The notes beneath the pieces are model-generated. The model was not told where the DNA came from. It saw nothing but the letters and a program-made list of their open reading frames with translations, and searched no databases. The translations under genes were made by a program, and so were the position numbers. A DNA stretch of 64,000 nucleotides. It comes from Cirrosporium novae-zelandiae (Eukaryota). Shown one piece after another: positions 27,790 through 40,629 of the stretch; positions within the stretch are counted from its first letter, which is position 1, and each line of letters begins with the position of its first letter. The stretch spans positions 1 through 64,000 of the forward strand of contig JAPETS010000064.1 in the NCBI GenBank assembly GCA_026023565.1, in the 5' to 3' direction.

Positions 27790-28456
27790 CTATATACATG
27801 GACTAGATGAGTCGCGTTCTCCCTGATTTCTCCTTAACTCTCCCAAGCTCGCTACCGATTGAGGGGATTCAGATTTTATTAATCCTTTTTCGTTATCCTT
27901 AGCCGCCGCCGGATTGGTATCAATTGGTTGTTTGACACGTTGTAACTCCTCATGGTACCACCGGTAGGCGCCTTGAAGCCGTTCGATTTCTCTTTTCATT
28001 TCTTCCGACTGTGCTTGTAGACTATTGTTCGCTTTCGTGAGCTCATCCACAAGTCGTCCATTTCTTTGCGCAACGTCATATGTTGTATCAAAAGCTGATT
28101 GAAGCTCCTCACGTTGACTATGCTCTATTTGGAGAGCGTTTCTGCATGCCTGATGTTCATATCGCTCAGATGCTAGGGCTTCTTTGCATAGAAAATGCTG
28201 ATGGCGCTCAGCACTTAGAGCCTGTTGGCAACAGGCGTGTCGAGCTATCTCCTGTTCTAGTTTCTTCTGGGAGACCTCTTTGGCTTTTTCAGCTTCATCC
28301 ACGTGTTGATAGAATTCCTTTAGAAAATCCCAATTGGAGGATTGATCGCCTCTAGTGTTTCTAGCAGGTGCCTTAATCCACGTCAACACTACACAGTATA
28401 CACCACGCAGTGTAAAGATATTGGAAACTTACAAGATTCCTCGTATTGTTCGGCAT
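27790..28456 (-). CDS. Hypothetical coiled-coil protein with repeated ER.xH..C..AL units
   Basis: 199-aa open exon with heptad character; short first exon MPNNTRNL followed by GTAAGT. Confidence 0.55.
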
Positions 28457-28725
28457 GTTGAACGACCTTTGGAGAGATCGATTTCGCTTTGACCGTGGTC
28501 TTCATTTATAAACACAGAACCTGGACGTTGAAGGTAGAGAATCATCACTTTTTTTGGCGAAGCATTCACCAAGCACACTTAGCTACTCACATGGCTGGGT
28601 GCTCGTGCTCATCATTATTTCAAGGATGCAAAATTGAAAGTCTTCCAAAGAGTAAAACTGTGCTCCACTTTCTTGTATGAGAAACACACCCAGACTATGC
28701 TATGTAACTATGTACGTATAATAGT

Positions 28726-29595
28726 CTACCAACATCTCTCACTGTCCGCAGGTCCATTACCTTGGCTGGAACCAAGTCTGTTTTGCTCTTCATGACACAT
28801 GAAGATATTCACTGGCAATATTTCCCCAGTCTCATCTGCATATTCCAACGAGCTCGGCTCTTCCAAGCCTAGTAGATTTTCGGTGGCTGAATCCAAGTTC
28901 AGGCTAGCAAGATCTATATTACTCCACGCTTGGAAAGCTCGAGGTTGAAGGTTAGAATTACCCCCAACCATTTCAATATTCTGAGATAATGTACTTTCCT
29001 CAGAATGTCCTTGGAATTTGGGACTCCAATCGGAAGGATACACATCGTTCATAGAACAAGGACCGACTTGCTGAAGAGTACTATTATAGGGCACGCAATT
29101 CATATATCCCTCGGAGAACAAGTTACTAGACATGCTGGCACCAATATTGTCATTCTTCAGAAACCACCCTTCGTCTCTGACGGCTTGTGGGAACTCGATA
29201 CGAATACTGCTGTCGAACGAAATGGCTTTCCGACTTGGCATTTGTGTCACAGGAAGTTCCATAAGTGTTATCAAGTCGTTAAGCGCCGCTTCCTCGGAAA
29301 TTGGAGATGGTTCGGCAAGTATCGAGGAGGAAGGTATTGGGACCTCTTCAGAAGGTGGTGACTCTGGGGGTGTGGAAGGATTGGCACCCCCTAAATGAGG
29401 ATCGAGGGCTACTCCTGCGGCGGATTCAAGCAACGCTTTACACTTTTTTATTACAGCATCCTCGGTTCTTGGTCGTTCTAGATGAACTATATTGTATCTT
29501 CTTGATAGTTCTGACCATTTTTCATTTGGAAATTTTTGTCTCAGTTGTATAAGGTATGTCTTTTCGTCGTCATTCCATTTTCCATAGGATGGCAT
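28726..29595 (-). CDS. Myb/SANT-like helix-turn-helix protein with acidic Pro/Ser-rich tail
   Basis: KWNDDEKTYLIQLR..KWSELSRRYN..RTEDAVIKK Trp spacing resembles a Myb-like repeat. Confidence 0.65.
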   Translation of the reverse strand: MPSYGKWNDDEKTYLIQLRQKFPNEKWSELSRRYNIVHLERPRTEDAVIKKCKALLESAAGVALDPHLGGANPSTPPESPPSEEVPIPSSSILAEPSPISEEAALNDLITLMELPVTQMPSRKAISFDSSIRIEFPQAVRDEGWFLKNDNIGASMSSNLFSEGYMNCVPYNSTLQQVGPCSMNDVYPSDWSPKFQGHSEESTLSQNIEMVGGNSNLQPRAFQAWSNIDLASLNLDSATENLLGLEEPSSLEYADETGEILPVNIFMCHEEQNRLGSSQGNGPADSERCW

Positions 29596-31259
29596 GATTT
29601 CTAGCTGGGCGATATAGAACAAAATGGAAGGTATAGATGACCAAGTATCCTGAGGTGGTCATGAGAAAAGAAATTTGTTAATAGATAAGGGGTATCAAAT
29701 AATCGATATGTGATCACTAGCATGCATACATATATCAACAAAGCCTAATATTATTGAGGCCTCAACTCCAGGAGCAGTCCTTGACATGAATTATCTATCC
29801 AAAATCTTACCTCTTAGGCATGATACACAAGTTAGTAGCTCGCCAATTCGTATATGTGATTGGCTTAAAGATGTAATGAAGCTCTAACTCGGGTTCTATG
29901 GGCTCAACGACTTGTTGAGAGCACAGGCCCAGGTTCCGGCAGATTTTCAGGTGATCCATTACTCCATCCAATCGGAATCTATCAGCGTTTAGCGTTGGTT
30001 TAAGAAATCACTACCCCCCAATTCCTTTTTTGGGCGGCTATTTGAGACCACTCGGTTTTAACATCCGTGCTGGAAAGGTATATGGCGGGAAAAATCCTTG
30101 ACCAAATTCTATTGCGGTCACTAGAAGCGGGCACAACTAATTTGATATAAATTATGCCAAGGCCCCTAGATTATCATCGCTCGAGCGCTAATTAAATATT
30201 GCATAACATTCTTAGTCAGTTAAAAGTTTAAATCAAAAGCTGCTACGAGTCAATGTATAAACTTGAGTGTGAAAAACTAGTATAGAACCTTACAATCTCG
30301 GGCTGTGAAAGACAGTCGGTCCGGCTTACGCCAAACGAACTACACAAGCAAAACTCTCCAGGAACAATCCATTCGATATATTACACCCTATTTGCATACT
30401 CTAGTTATCTTCTTACACGTAACCTATAATTCTAAGACTGCCACCACAGTCTTACATTACGTCAGCGTTTAGAGAGGATCCTCCCATGAGGTTGTAGAGC
30501 CCATGTAAAATTGGTGTGGTAGGTAACTATTCTTTAGCCTTAATAAACGCGTTACAATGCTCGGTCAATTTTATGGGCAAAACTATTTGTATTATGTCGG
30601 TTGATCTTCATGGTATATCGAAAATATAACCAACTCCATCATAGCACTAATGAGAGATACGGCTCGGTTATTTTTTGTTCTAAACCACAATCAATTTATT
30701 ACATGCTCTAGCAGCAGCCTTTTGACGATAAGCCAAAGATTTTGCTTTCTTTTTCGGCCCTAGCGCTAAAGCTCAACTTATCCGCGGTTTGTTTCCTGCA
30801 TATCATAGTTACGGAAAGCTCCCCCCGAGATCTTGAGGCTTTTTCCTTGTAGGCACGGTCCATAAAGCTCTCAACGGTGAAAGTAGCTTCCATCGACAAA
30901 GTGGATATCCGTCGGGGGCATACCTCAAGTGTCCGCGAGCTACTAGGAAACATTTACCCTCTAACTCAAGTTAGCATACTCAGCGAAAAAAGGTCAAAGG
31001 AATAGCACTAACTCACCAACTAACTTCTTTTCAAATATGAGAACATATCCTATCTCCTTGTATAGCTTTAGAGAAGGCATCCAGAACCTATTAGTTTTCT
31101 TTTTACGATGTAACTTCGGCAGTTCTGATTTCCATAGAATTCGGCGAGCACCAAATTTCTATCTCCCAAGAAAATCTTTTTATAATTTATCAATCCTATA
31201 GATATATTTGATACGTCCTCTCAACGGAATTGGACGCCGTTTTAGGTGTAAAGAGCAGC

Positions 31260-31843
31260 ATGGACGATTTTTTGCAAAGATTTGCTTCAGAGGGTTTCTC
31301 TGAGGGACAATTACCCACCCTTGATTTCTTGGAACCGCAGGACAACCCTGAGATCCAAACTCATGACCAAGATGGGTTAAGTAGGAACGGGACTAATCCC
31401 AATGTTCAGCAGTGGATAAATGAATGGAGTCAACCCTTTCCACTACTGGATAAACAAGAATCGATTCCCAATGACCCAGGTCAGTCTATTCAGTTAGAAT
31501 CCATGCAATCCCAAGATATGATTCGGATCTATGGAGAGCTCGAGCAGCTTCGCAAGCAGATGGAGGAGCTCCACGAACAGGTGGAACGAATGAAGAGAAA
31601 GTAGGTACAGTTTCAACATTCAAAATTCCTTTGGGTATTAACTTTTGTATACAGGCTTCAAGAGGAGTCACAGTAATATACGTCATCTTTTTATAGGAGT
31701 AAAAGTTGATTGGAAGTAGGAAAACCGAACAATATTTCAAAGAGCTGTTACCCTGGACCCTAAATATCAAACGGGCACTGATGGACCTGATGGAATATGT
31801 TAAGAAGCTTTCCATTGATTCCGAAAATAGACGATCAGGATAG
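31260..31843 (+). CDS. Small hypothetical coiled-coil protein (2 introns)
   Basis: MDDFLQRF..ELEQLRKQMEELHEQVERMKR exon; GT-AG introns lead to KTEQYFKELLPW..RRSG*. Confidence 0.5.
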
Positions 31844-32032
31844 TTTAGAATCCATAGTTACGGTAGAAACTACCAACCAAGGCATGCCTGTTAAATGGTT
31901 GCAATGATGGCGTGAGCTGGAATTTCAGGGTTAGAAAACGGGGAGCCTGCTAAATCCTCAATCTAAGTTCTCCCCTATTTAGTTTCCAAAGATCCCCGAG
32001 ACGCTGGATTAAAACTTATCGAACCTAGTGAC

Positions 32033-32451
32033 ATGATGGCGCCGTGGAGTTCAATTGAAACCATTATCATTGTATTCTTTGCATCCCGCAATGTGTCCCA
32101 TGCGGCTTGTGCAGAGCTTTTGAAAAGGCGGGTTCCTGATTCCGAACATACAACCATTGGAATTCGAAGCAAGCTTACCCATCTTCGAGTTCAACGAGCG
32201 TCCCAGCTCTACAATCTGACGAAGAAGTCTTGGACAGGCGAAGACGTGGACGCATTGAAGTCAGAAATGAGTGCGGAAGATTTAGAGAAAGCTCAGCTCC
32301 GGTTTGATGAAGCAGATAGAGAGATTATCAAAAAGGTATTTGGGACATTCAATACATCTAGACCATGCATAAAATTTGTCTGACTGTTGACCTATAGTAT
32401 CGGAATAGCAAGAATGTGCAAATGGAAGAAGAGGGATTCGAGAAATTTTAA
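32033..32451 (+). CDS. Small hypothetical protein (possible HTH-like)
   Basis: MAPWSSIETIIIVFFASRNVSHAACAELLKRR..; one intron (32336-32397) then YRNSK..EKF*. Confidence 0.5.
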
Positions 32452-32466
32452 AAAATCGCTTTACTT

Positions 32467-33605
32467 TCACAGAGCCAATAGCTTCCAGTCGCGGTGTGCG
32501 GACAGTATAGTAGTGTGAACATGTGGCCGCAAGCTCTGCGGCCCAGGGGACTTTTTCAGAAATAGGCTTGACTAGAGCAGAGTTATCAACATGGAAAGGG
32601 AGAAGAAGGTGAAAAGGTTTCGTACTTCAAGAAGTTTTTGAGGTGAAGTGGATTTGGTTTGGATGAGGAAGTCCTGTGCTTCGGAGGACCACCTCTCAGG
32701 ATTCTTAAGACATAGTAATTTTAATCTCTCTTGGTCGGCATCTACTTCCATCATCTGTAAAGCCAGCCGACCGAGATCCTGAAGGTCTTTTGTTGAAGAA
32801 ATGGAAACATATCTTTTGTATAGCATACTGTCGCCAACATTCGCTATATCAACAACTTTAGTGCTCTGGAAGTTTTTGGAAAACTTTAAAGACATTACCG
32901 ATCTTAATATCACTGGAAGTGGAAAAAAGTATATTATTAGGTTGGATAGAACCATGTGTACAATGAAGGATGTCGTGAAGATAGCAAATGCCATTCAAGA
33001 CCTAGGCGAGTTAGTTCCGCTCTAGAGAAAAACAAATAAATTGATCCTACCTCGGAACAAATCGCTGCAATATGATGTTCTTCTAGACTCAACGGGCAAG
33101 CAATGATATCAGATAGAGAGATATACATGTCTCGATATTCATAAATAATGGCAACAGAACCATTATAAATATATATATCAAGCAAGGTCAAAATATTAGG
33201 GTGACATGGCTTTTTGAAAGATACCAACTCTCCTTTATTAATATGGGTGGAACTTTTCTTAATGGCCACAATTTCAAATGACGGGTCTTTCCGATGAGCG
33301 AGAACAATTGGGTCATCACAATCCAATTCAAGATACTCTTGATAATCATCAAAGGGATTTCTTGCTTTCCAATTGAGAGATTGTGTAGGCCTTTCGACTG
33401 AATTCTCGACCTTCGGCTTTTCCGGCAACGGCAACTGAAACGGACGTGGACTTCTTTGGCTCTGAACATGTGGCTGGCCTCCTTTGTGTAACTTAGAAGT
33501 ATTGTGGGGCTCGTTGATCTGTAGCTTCATGGGTGGTTCATTTCTACTCCCTGAATTGATAGGATAATTATTTCTAGGGAACAATGTCATGCGTGACGAA
33601 CTCAT
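32467..33605 (-). CDS. Divergent protein-kinase-fold protein (probable pseudokinase), multi-intron
   Basis: VAIK, HPNILTL, IAAICSEVLNGICYLH present; HRD replaced by THG and DFG by ANVG. Confidence 0.7.
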
Positions 33606-33872
33606 GGCTAATAATTTATATAGAGGAAGTTTGATGTCGAGAGACTCGACCATTTTTTTTTTCGTGGTGCAGGTACAAGTATAGGCGTTTCCCTCATAGG
33701 GAGGTTCAATCCAAGGGGCCCTCAACCTTGATACTCCCACCATTTTTCCCCTGAGCCATCAAAATGTTGTAGGCCCGACACTTTCTAAGTCCATGTTGTC
33801 TATAAATGAACCAAAAATGAATTTCAGATCTTTCAACCCTTCAATATATTTTTTCCAGAACCATCGAAGGTC

Positions 33873-34340
33873 ATGGAACCCCAAAAGTTAGATATGAAGC
33901 ATATGAAAGCCAAACCGCCGGAAGTCAACCTCCTCGATCATCTCATCAGTCTACGCGATGGCTCCACCTCAGCTCTGGAAATAGCCAACCACCGACTACG
34001 AGCGGCCAAAAAACATCCACCATCAAGTGCGAAGCAATGGCTTGAAGAGGTCACAAAGGAACTTGGTCATCTACGTCTAGAAGTCAGCTTCTACCGAAGA
34101 TGCTTTGATTTGTCACAACAGTTCCGAGATGATGTTTATCAGCTTGCGCAAAAGATTGAGGTCGCATATTACTTTGAGGAAAAGGGAATGGCTGCAGAGA
34201 TTGGATATGAATATGCACTTGCGTTGAATGATAAAGTTGAATGGTTTGCGGATAAACAAACCAGAGCAGAGTATGAATGGCTTAATTTCTGGAATGTATC
34301 AAATATGGACATTCAGACAGCAGCTATTCATCAAATCTGA
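33873..34340 (+). CDS. Hypothetical helical protein, divergent from the kinase-like gene
   Basis: 155-aa ATG-initiated ORF with coiled-coil-like ELGHLRLEVSFYR segment. Confidence 0.55.
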   Translation: MEPQKLDMKHMKAKPPEVNLLDHLISLRDGSTSALEIANHRLRAAKKHPPSSAKQWLEEVTKELGHLRLEVSFYRRCFDLSQQFRDDVYQLAQKIEVAYYFEEKGMAAEIGYEYALALNDKVEWFADKQTRAEYEWLNFWNVSNMDIQTAAIHQI

Positions 34341-35238
34341 TACCTGTGTTGTGACCGCATTGTATGTCTTACTTATTATTGACGTTGGAGATTCCCAATA
34401 CTCTAGCATCGTCTGGATCAGCTTTTCTATCAACATCTCCCTTGATATATTTTCATTGCAGCGTGAGAGTGTTATGAATTTCCCTGAACCATATGCTGCT
34501 GCCTTAGACATTTACGTTTGAATGAAATAAGACTCATTTGTCGGCCTCCTCACCACTACCCACCAATTTCCCACTGGATGTATGTATCAGATAGTATTGA
34601 TGAATCTTAACTGTATTTTTCAACTAGCAGATAGACTATAGATATCTATCATTCCAGTCGCCTCTCATTCAGGGACATCTAGATCATATTGCCGTTAAAA
34701 ATGCATCATGATCAAGATAATAATACTGACCGGACTTCTTCCTTTGATTCTTGGGCTTTCGTTTACTAGGTTTCTATTGATGTGTTCAGCTGATTACAGC
34801 TCTCTGGAGTTTCCCAAATAGTGGAGTTGTATGTTAACTCAAGTATACAAGTGTATTCTATTCCGTTATCCAACAGACAGGTAATATTCAAAAATAATAT
34901 AGATTGAAAGAATTTTATTATCAGGACCAAATTTTCTAGATCTTAATATCCAAGAAACTTAATTTATTAAGAACTAGAAAGTGCGTTCTATAACAGGAGA
35001 CTTCGTCATGAAAAAGAATGATCTCGCCGAACAAGAAAAGGCCAAGCACGTAAGAATTTCCGCCAACAACGATAAGATTCACCAAGCACAGGTACAGTTC
35101 AAATTTAAAAGATCCTCTCTGACTTACTAAAATCTTTGGCACATTCAAAATTAAACACAGCGACACTCAAACGTAGATAGTAACATATTGACTGAAAGAA
35201 CTGACGAGAATAAAAAGAATTTTCAGGCTAATTGTTTA

Positions 35239-37075
35239 TCACGGTCGACTGCTTCGGAGCTCAATAGCTTTCTCCGACATTTCTCCTTGACACCAGTAAT
35301 CCAATTCCGATGATAACGGTCGCGGTCTGGTAGGAGGATGGAAATCTAATTGGACAAGGCGTAGATTGCTATCCATTTCACTCGTGACACAATTTTTGAT
35401 TATATCATTTATGACCTCATCTGTGCATGCTATTCATGAATTAGTGACACAAATTTTGAGCCACTTTGGAATATTATACACAAACTTGAGACAAGAGTTT
35501 TTCCTTTTCGGTTGGTAATTTCATCTTTCAGAATTTCACCAACTTTCGCAGGGGCGTATATGGTACGAATTCTATTGTGGTACCCATGAGAAACGACCTC
35601 AGCAAAATATCTCGGGACAAGATAGTCCCCTAACACATAGAGAGATATTTTGAGGATCTATAAGACACATTAGAATAACCACAAAGCTGCTGCTCGGGAT
35701 CTCATACACGGTCAGTATCAGCTTGTAACACTTCATCCATCCATTCGCTGACCCATTCTTGATGACCTGAGATAAATTTCAGTGATGGAAGACAGTTTTT
35801 GAGATTGAAAGCGTTATTTACATTCTTTGTCAAGTTGCCAGACAAGTATGATATATCGAGTCCGAACTACACGATTATTATAGCCGTGCACAAGTTCTTT
35901 CAGATAAGGCAAATGGCCCGCAATTCCGATACCAGTTGCAAACATGATGATTGTACCGAAAGAACCGAAATCGTGAGATACTCCATAGGGTCCATCAATG
36001 ATGGTCAGTGGCAACTGGTCTCGGTATCTCAAAAGTCGAGCGGTAAAGCCTTTTCGGCATTGAACCAAGCAAGCAATCTGTAGACTGTTGCCCTCGCCTT
36101 GGTTCCACCAAATCACCATGAAAGGGTGGTTTTGAAAAGCTCCCCAGAAGCCAACTCCTGGCATACACAATAGCACATATTGCCCCGCTCTAACATTCCA
36201 TTCCCTAGGAACGGCCAAGGTAATTTTTAAAGCATCAGCATCAGTAGAAGAAATTCTGGCCCTTGCAAAAGGCCTATGAGATAAAAGGTTCCTGAAAATC
36301 AATATACCCCAGTGAACAACCGTTGAGCAGGACCAGAAACCGATACCACCAAGCAGAAATACCATGTTTATCCCTTTTTTCTGTCGATTGTATCGCCAAA
36401 GAGCGACAATGGTGATAATAGAGAGCACCATATGACATTGGAGGAAGATCTCATAGGCGAATCTTCGGAAGAAAGCTAAGGATATAACACCTATCAACAG
36501 CATAGCAGAACCACTCTAATAAATATATATATTAGCCTCAGTAAATAGAATCGTAGAAAAAAAACATAAAAGAATCACTGTACTATTATAATATTTGCCG
36601 AATGCCAATTCAGTGAGGGGTTACTCAGTAGATAAAGGACAGTGCGGAGAATTCCTTGGAAGATGGCTACTCTACCAATCCATTTATGTATGATCATAAA
36701 GTTGTCGAGAGAAATTCCCAAACAATTCGAGATGAGATGAAGCCGTGATCCGGTGAGAAGAGGGATTAAATTGATCGTGGACAGTAAACTTGCTCTGTCC
36801 GCGAGCTGATTTTTCGAACTTACTCGAATAATCATGCATACGATATTCGTTACAAGATATGTCACAATACCAAGCGAGCGAAATCGAGTACAAGTTCGAA
36901 CCAGTCGAGCACGTGAGAAAAGGTTGGGATAGAAAAGATGCTTTAAAAACAAGAAAGCGAGAAAAAGTCCGATCCATAAAAAAAGCCGAATGAGCAGGCG
37001 TAGAAGAATCCAGAGGATGAATATTCCACAGAGAAAAATTCCGTACCAGACAGTCACGTCCATTTCGATAGGCAT
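35239..37075 (-). CDS. Ferric reductase-like transmembrane flavoprotein (Starship FRE type), multi-intron
   Basis: HKWIGR, AGQYV, QNHPF (FAD), DGPYG, FATGIGIA (NADPH), LVWQ, C-terminal LDFHP. Confidence 0.88.
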
Positions 37076-37314
37076 TGTGCTTTCCAAAGCAAGGCTTGAC
37101 AGAACGCCCAGATGTCTTAAGAAGTAGCCTAGTTGCTCTATGCATCTTGAGGGGGGTTCATTTCAGGGGGGGGGGGGGAGGAGCTCAGTCAAAGGAAGGC
37201 CGTTCTTTCAGCCGACGGATATCGCCGTGGTTGGTGAATTAAGACGTACCATATTAATATCGAGCATTCGATTAAAAGGGCAAATTATTATGTCCGTTAC
37301 GCATACATTTCATC

Positions 37315-37871
37315 ATGAATATATCTAAAGAAACGAATAAACCAAACGATTTCAAGAAATCTAATAGGGCTTTGAATGAACAATTTCGCAAACGCCGAAA
37401 TAACTTTTTAAAGAAGGCAAACGATATCGCAAGAATTTCAGATGCCAAGGTCTATGTGATCATTGAAAAGAAAGGTCGATTAATAATTTACAACTCTGAA
37501 GACCCATCATCATGGCCACCAAAAGAAAATGATCTTGTGAGTTTTTTTTTTGGCTCAGAGATTAAGAATCTTTCACTAATTGTATCAAGAGACGATATTA
37601 TCCTTTGCCAGTTCGCAAGAGCCCTGCAGATTTTAATCTTAAGTCGCTCTCGAAAATTAAAATTCGAAGTCCCCCGGTTCCAGGTTGTTTTTCTTCACCT
37701 AAGTCACCATCTATAGTAAGCGATGATGGAACATCTACTGAGAAGGCCCTGTTTCCTTTGATCAAAGTAGAGAGTCCACCGATGATGGTCATGGAACACT
37801 CTTCAACCAAAAATCGAACTCAAGGTCCAGAAGATACACCAGAAGGAACAGACAGTTGTATTTGGACATAG
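37315..37871 (+). CDS. MADS-box (SRF-type) domain protein, 1 intron
   Basis: QFRKRRNNFLKKANDIARISDAKVYVII matches the MADS core F.KR..GL.KKA.EL...C.A.V..II; followed by WPP; divergent from FRE. Confidence 0.75.
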
Positions 37872-38699
37872 TTTGGTTTTTATATAGTTTTTTTGCTTGC
37901 TTTCTTCTTTAGACAACATGAAAGAAACAGCACACGCAAATAATCGAATTTCTGGTCTTATGAGCCCCTTATTTTTTTATTTCCCAATTTTTTAAGTACC
38001 ATTCAAGCCTACAAGGTCTTTCATAGCATCTAGATTAATCTTTATCCATCAGTCCGCGACTCTCAAATAGCTTAACTGGTGCTTCAGACACGAATATCCA
38101 ATGTAGCGCGACCTTCCCACCATTACTATCGGGGATAGATATCAAAGAATAACATTGATTACTCTGACAATCTTAGATATACAATATCGAACACCCTTTG
38201 TACGAAAGAAATGTAAATCTTCATTCTCATTATCAAGATGGAAATTGTATTTTACGTGACTCTTGTATCCTTTTTCTTTACTGAACCTCCAAACCCACGA
38301 CATTCAACCTGTCTATATCTGAAAATACCAAATGAACTGGATGCCACAGATCTTTGAGAGACTAAAATGTGGGAAATAACTAAAAACTAATTTCTACTAT
38401 TAATTATTAGGGCCCTACAAAATATTAAAACTCAATTCCTGGACACCCTCAAGTAACGTGGCCCTCCAACTCTGGGGCCCCTCAAATAACGATGCTGATA
38501 ACCAATTTCTAGACCATTTCAATTAGTAGTGCCCTCCAAATAAGCGTGCCCTCCAAATAAGCATGCTGGCCTTCGAGTTGTGCTGGCCCTCCAATTATGC
38601 CGATTAGCTGTTAAAGATTTTCCCGATTGAACCTGCGCATTTGGAATATTATAAAAATCAAGATTATCAATATGAGGATCCATTATCAAACCAACTACC

Positions 38700-39929
38700 A
38701 TGGCTCCTAACAACTTCCCAGAGAAGAAATTGAAACCAGAAATTCACAAAGCACGAGAAAAAACAATCAAACGAAAAGAGGAACACAACGCTCGTAAAAA
38801 GAGAATCGAGGAAAATTTACGCAATGCTTCGAGCGACGAAGAACGGCAGAAGCTTGAACAGGAGAAGAAAAACCTGGAGGAGGATACGATGGAGCTGGAC
38901 AATAATGAGGAATTGCCTGGAGAGCCTGAACATGATCAAACGGATAAAGGTGACGTGATCACCGAAGAAATTGTTTCACCACCTGTGCCAGAGATAGCTA
39001 TTACGGATGCCGAGAACGGAACCGCCTCATTGCCACTAGATATTGACGAGAATGACGATCATGACCCAGAGACTTTACTCACTCCAGGAGCATTTCGGAA
39101 ACGTCTAGGATTGGATCATGGCGGATACGTTGTGGCCAAAAGGGAGATTGGACGGAGAGTGCAGTTGCTTCTGGAATACGGTCCACCAAACGCCTCCATG
39201 TTTAGGTTTAAGGGTGCTGCAGACGTCGACACTACTTACGATGAAGAGAAAATTCCTGATATTACCGACCCAGAGAACAGAAGGGGACATCTGAGAGTAC
39301 GAAAAAAGTGGACATACACCAGTAAAGACGTTGCAGCTATTCAAGGGGTTGTGTGGATATTTAATGAGGAGTCTGGAAAAGAACCTCTAGATCTATTGGA
39401 TCCCGACATGATGGCCGAGGACAAAATGCACAATCCAGGGACAAAATATCCACATACCTACGTTAAAATTAAGTGGACCGACGGGGAAAAGACTTGGGAA
39501 CCTCGAGCCAATTTCGTACGAGTCTGGGGAAAATCGAAAAAGGCAGCCGATAAAGCGATTTTCATGGCAGCGGAGTACCAAGAAAAGAGATATAAAGAAT
39601 ACTGTAATAATCAACGCCCACCAGAAGACCGATCTCCAACACCAAATCCAGATATTCTGAGAGTGAAACGAGAAGACTCGGTCGACGGGCTTCCGGAAGA
39701 ACAAAGGAGCAAAAAAGGGACAAAAACCGGAACTCAAGCTCCCGATGAATCTAGTAGTGGAGAGGAAATTTCTGAACCTATACCCAAGCTTCATGATGTG
39801 ACGTTATTCAGAACAAACTGGTGCAAAGTGAAACACAAAGATCCTGAAAATCTTTCCGATCTTGATGAAGCAACCGTGTTAGCAACATGGGAGCTTGCCC
39901 AGCAAATATCGGCTACATTGAAGGTTTAA
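38700..39929 (+). CDS. Hypothetical charged protein with a chromo-like segment
   Basis: 409-aa intronless ORF; N-terminal coiled coil; YVKIKWTDGEKTWEPRAN resembles the chromodomain Y.VKW..TWEP motif. Confidence 0.65.
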   Translation: MAPNNFPEKKLKPEIHKAREKTIKRKEEHNARKKRIEENLRNASSDEERQKLEQEKKNLEEDTMELDNNEELPGEPEHDQTDKGDVITEEIVSPPVPEIAITDAENGTASLPLDIDENDDHDPETLLTPGAFRKRLGLDHGGYVVAKREIGRRVQLLLEYGPPNASMFRFKGAADVDTTYDEEKIPDITDPENRRGHLRVRKKWTYTSKDVAAIQGVVWIFNEESGKEPLDLLDPDMMAEDKMHNPGTKYPHTYVKIKWTDGEKTWEPRANFVRVWGKSKKAADKAIFMAAEYQEKRYKEYCNNQRPPEDRSPTPNPDILRVKREDSVDGLPEEQRSKKGTKTGTQAPDESSSGEEISEPIPKLHDVTLFRTNWCKVKHKDPENLSDLDEATVLATWELAQQISATLKV

Positions 39930-40090
39930 AGATTGATCGAGACTATTTCAGCGAATTTCATTGAATATGTTTTGCACTGTTGCACGTACTTTTTCCAAAT
40001 GAGTTTTTTTTTATTTCTAGTGTTTGATAGCCGCCACTCAATGTTAAAAAATATTAGTCTAGGTGAAAAGCATAAATTTGTCTATCTCTT

Positions 40091-40207
40091 TTTGTTATTT
40101 TGTGTAAAGATAATAAATTAAAACTATGAAAATTATCCTAATTATACTATCTAGTCTTGGCACGGAATCTTCCGGAACATCATTGCAACCCCTGTAGAAA
40201 ACCACAT
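40091..40207 (+). repeat. ~115-bp non-coding element, copy 1
   Basis: TTTG(T/C)TATTTTGTGTAA...TACTATCTAGTCTTGGCACGGAATCTTCCGGAACATCATT aligns with 43315-43428 (-) and 47293-47409 (+). Confidence 0.85.
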
Positions 40208-40629
40208 TCTGAAGCCGTATTATAGATCACCAAGAAGATCTAATCTGATACGGAAAAAAACACCATGCTTAGTCAGAAGCTGGAACCCGATCCGGATCAT
40301 CCTGACCACAGCGCAAGGTAGTTAGTCACAGGTTTAGACTAGACTATCCCTTGTTATATGAGGCTAAGAGCCTTGTACAACCATAGTAACATAATTAATC
40401 AGCCACTACGATCATAATAAAACTAAAAGATTATGCATAAGGTTATGAATTGGATGACTTAAAGATATAAGGTCATATTAGCACCATTGAAAAGCTGTAT
40501 ACATCTAGAGGGTTGTGAAAAAACTTAATAGAATAAATCAATCAATCAATATTTTTCTAAAAGCTAGTTCTAGCCTTATTCCTAATTCATGATACCTTCA
40601 TTTACTTGCCAATTATCAAGCTCACCGAG

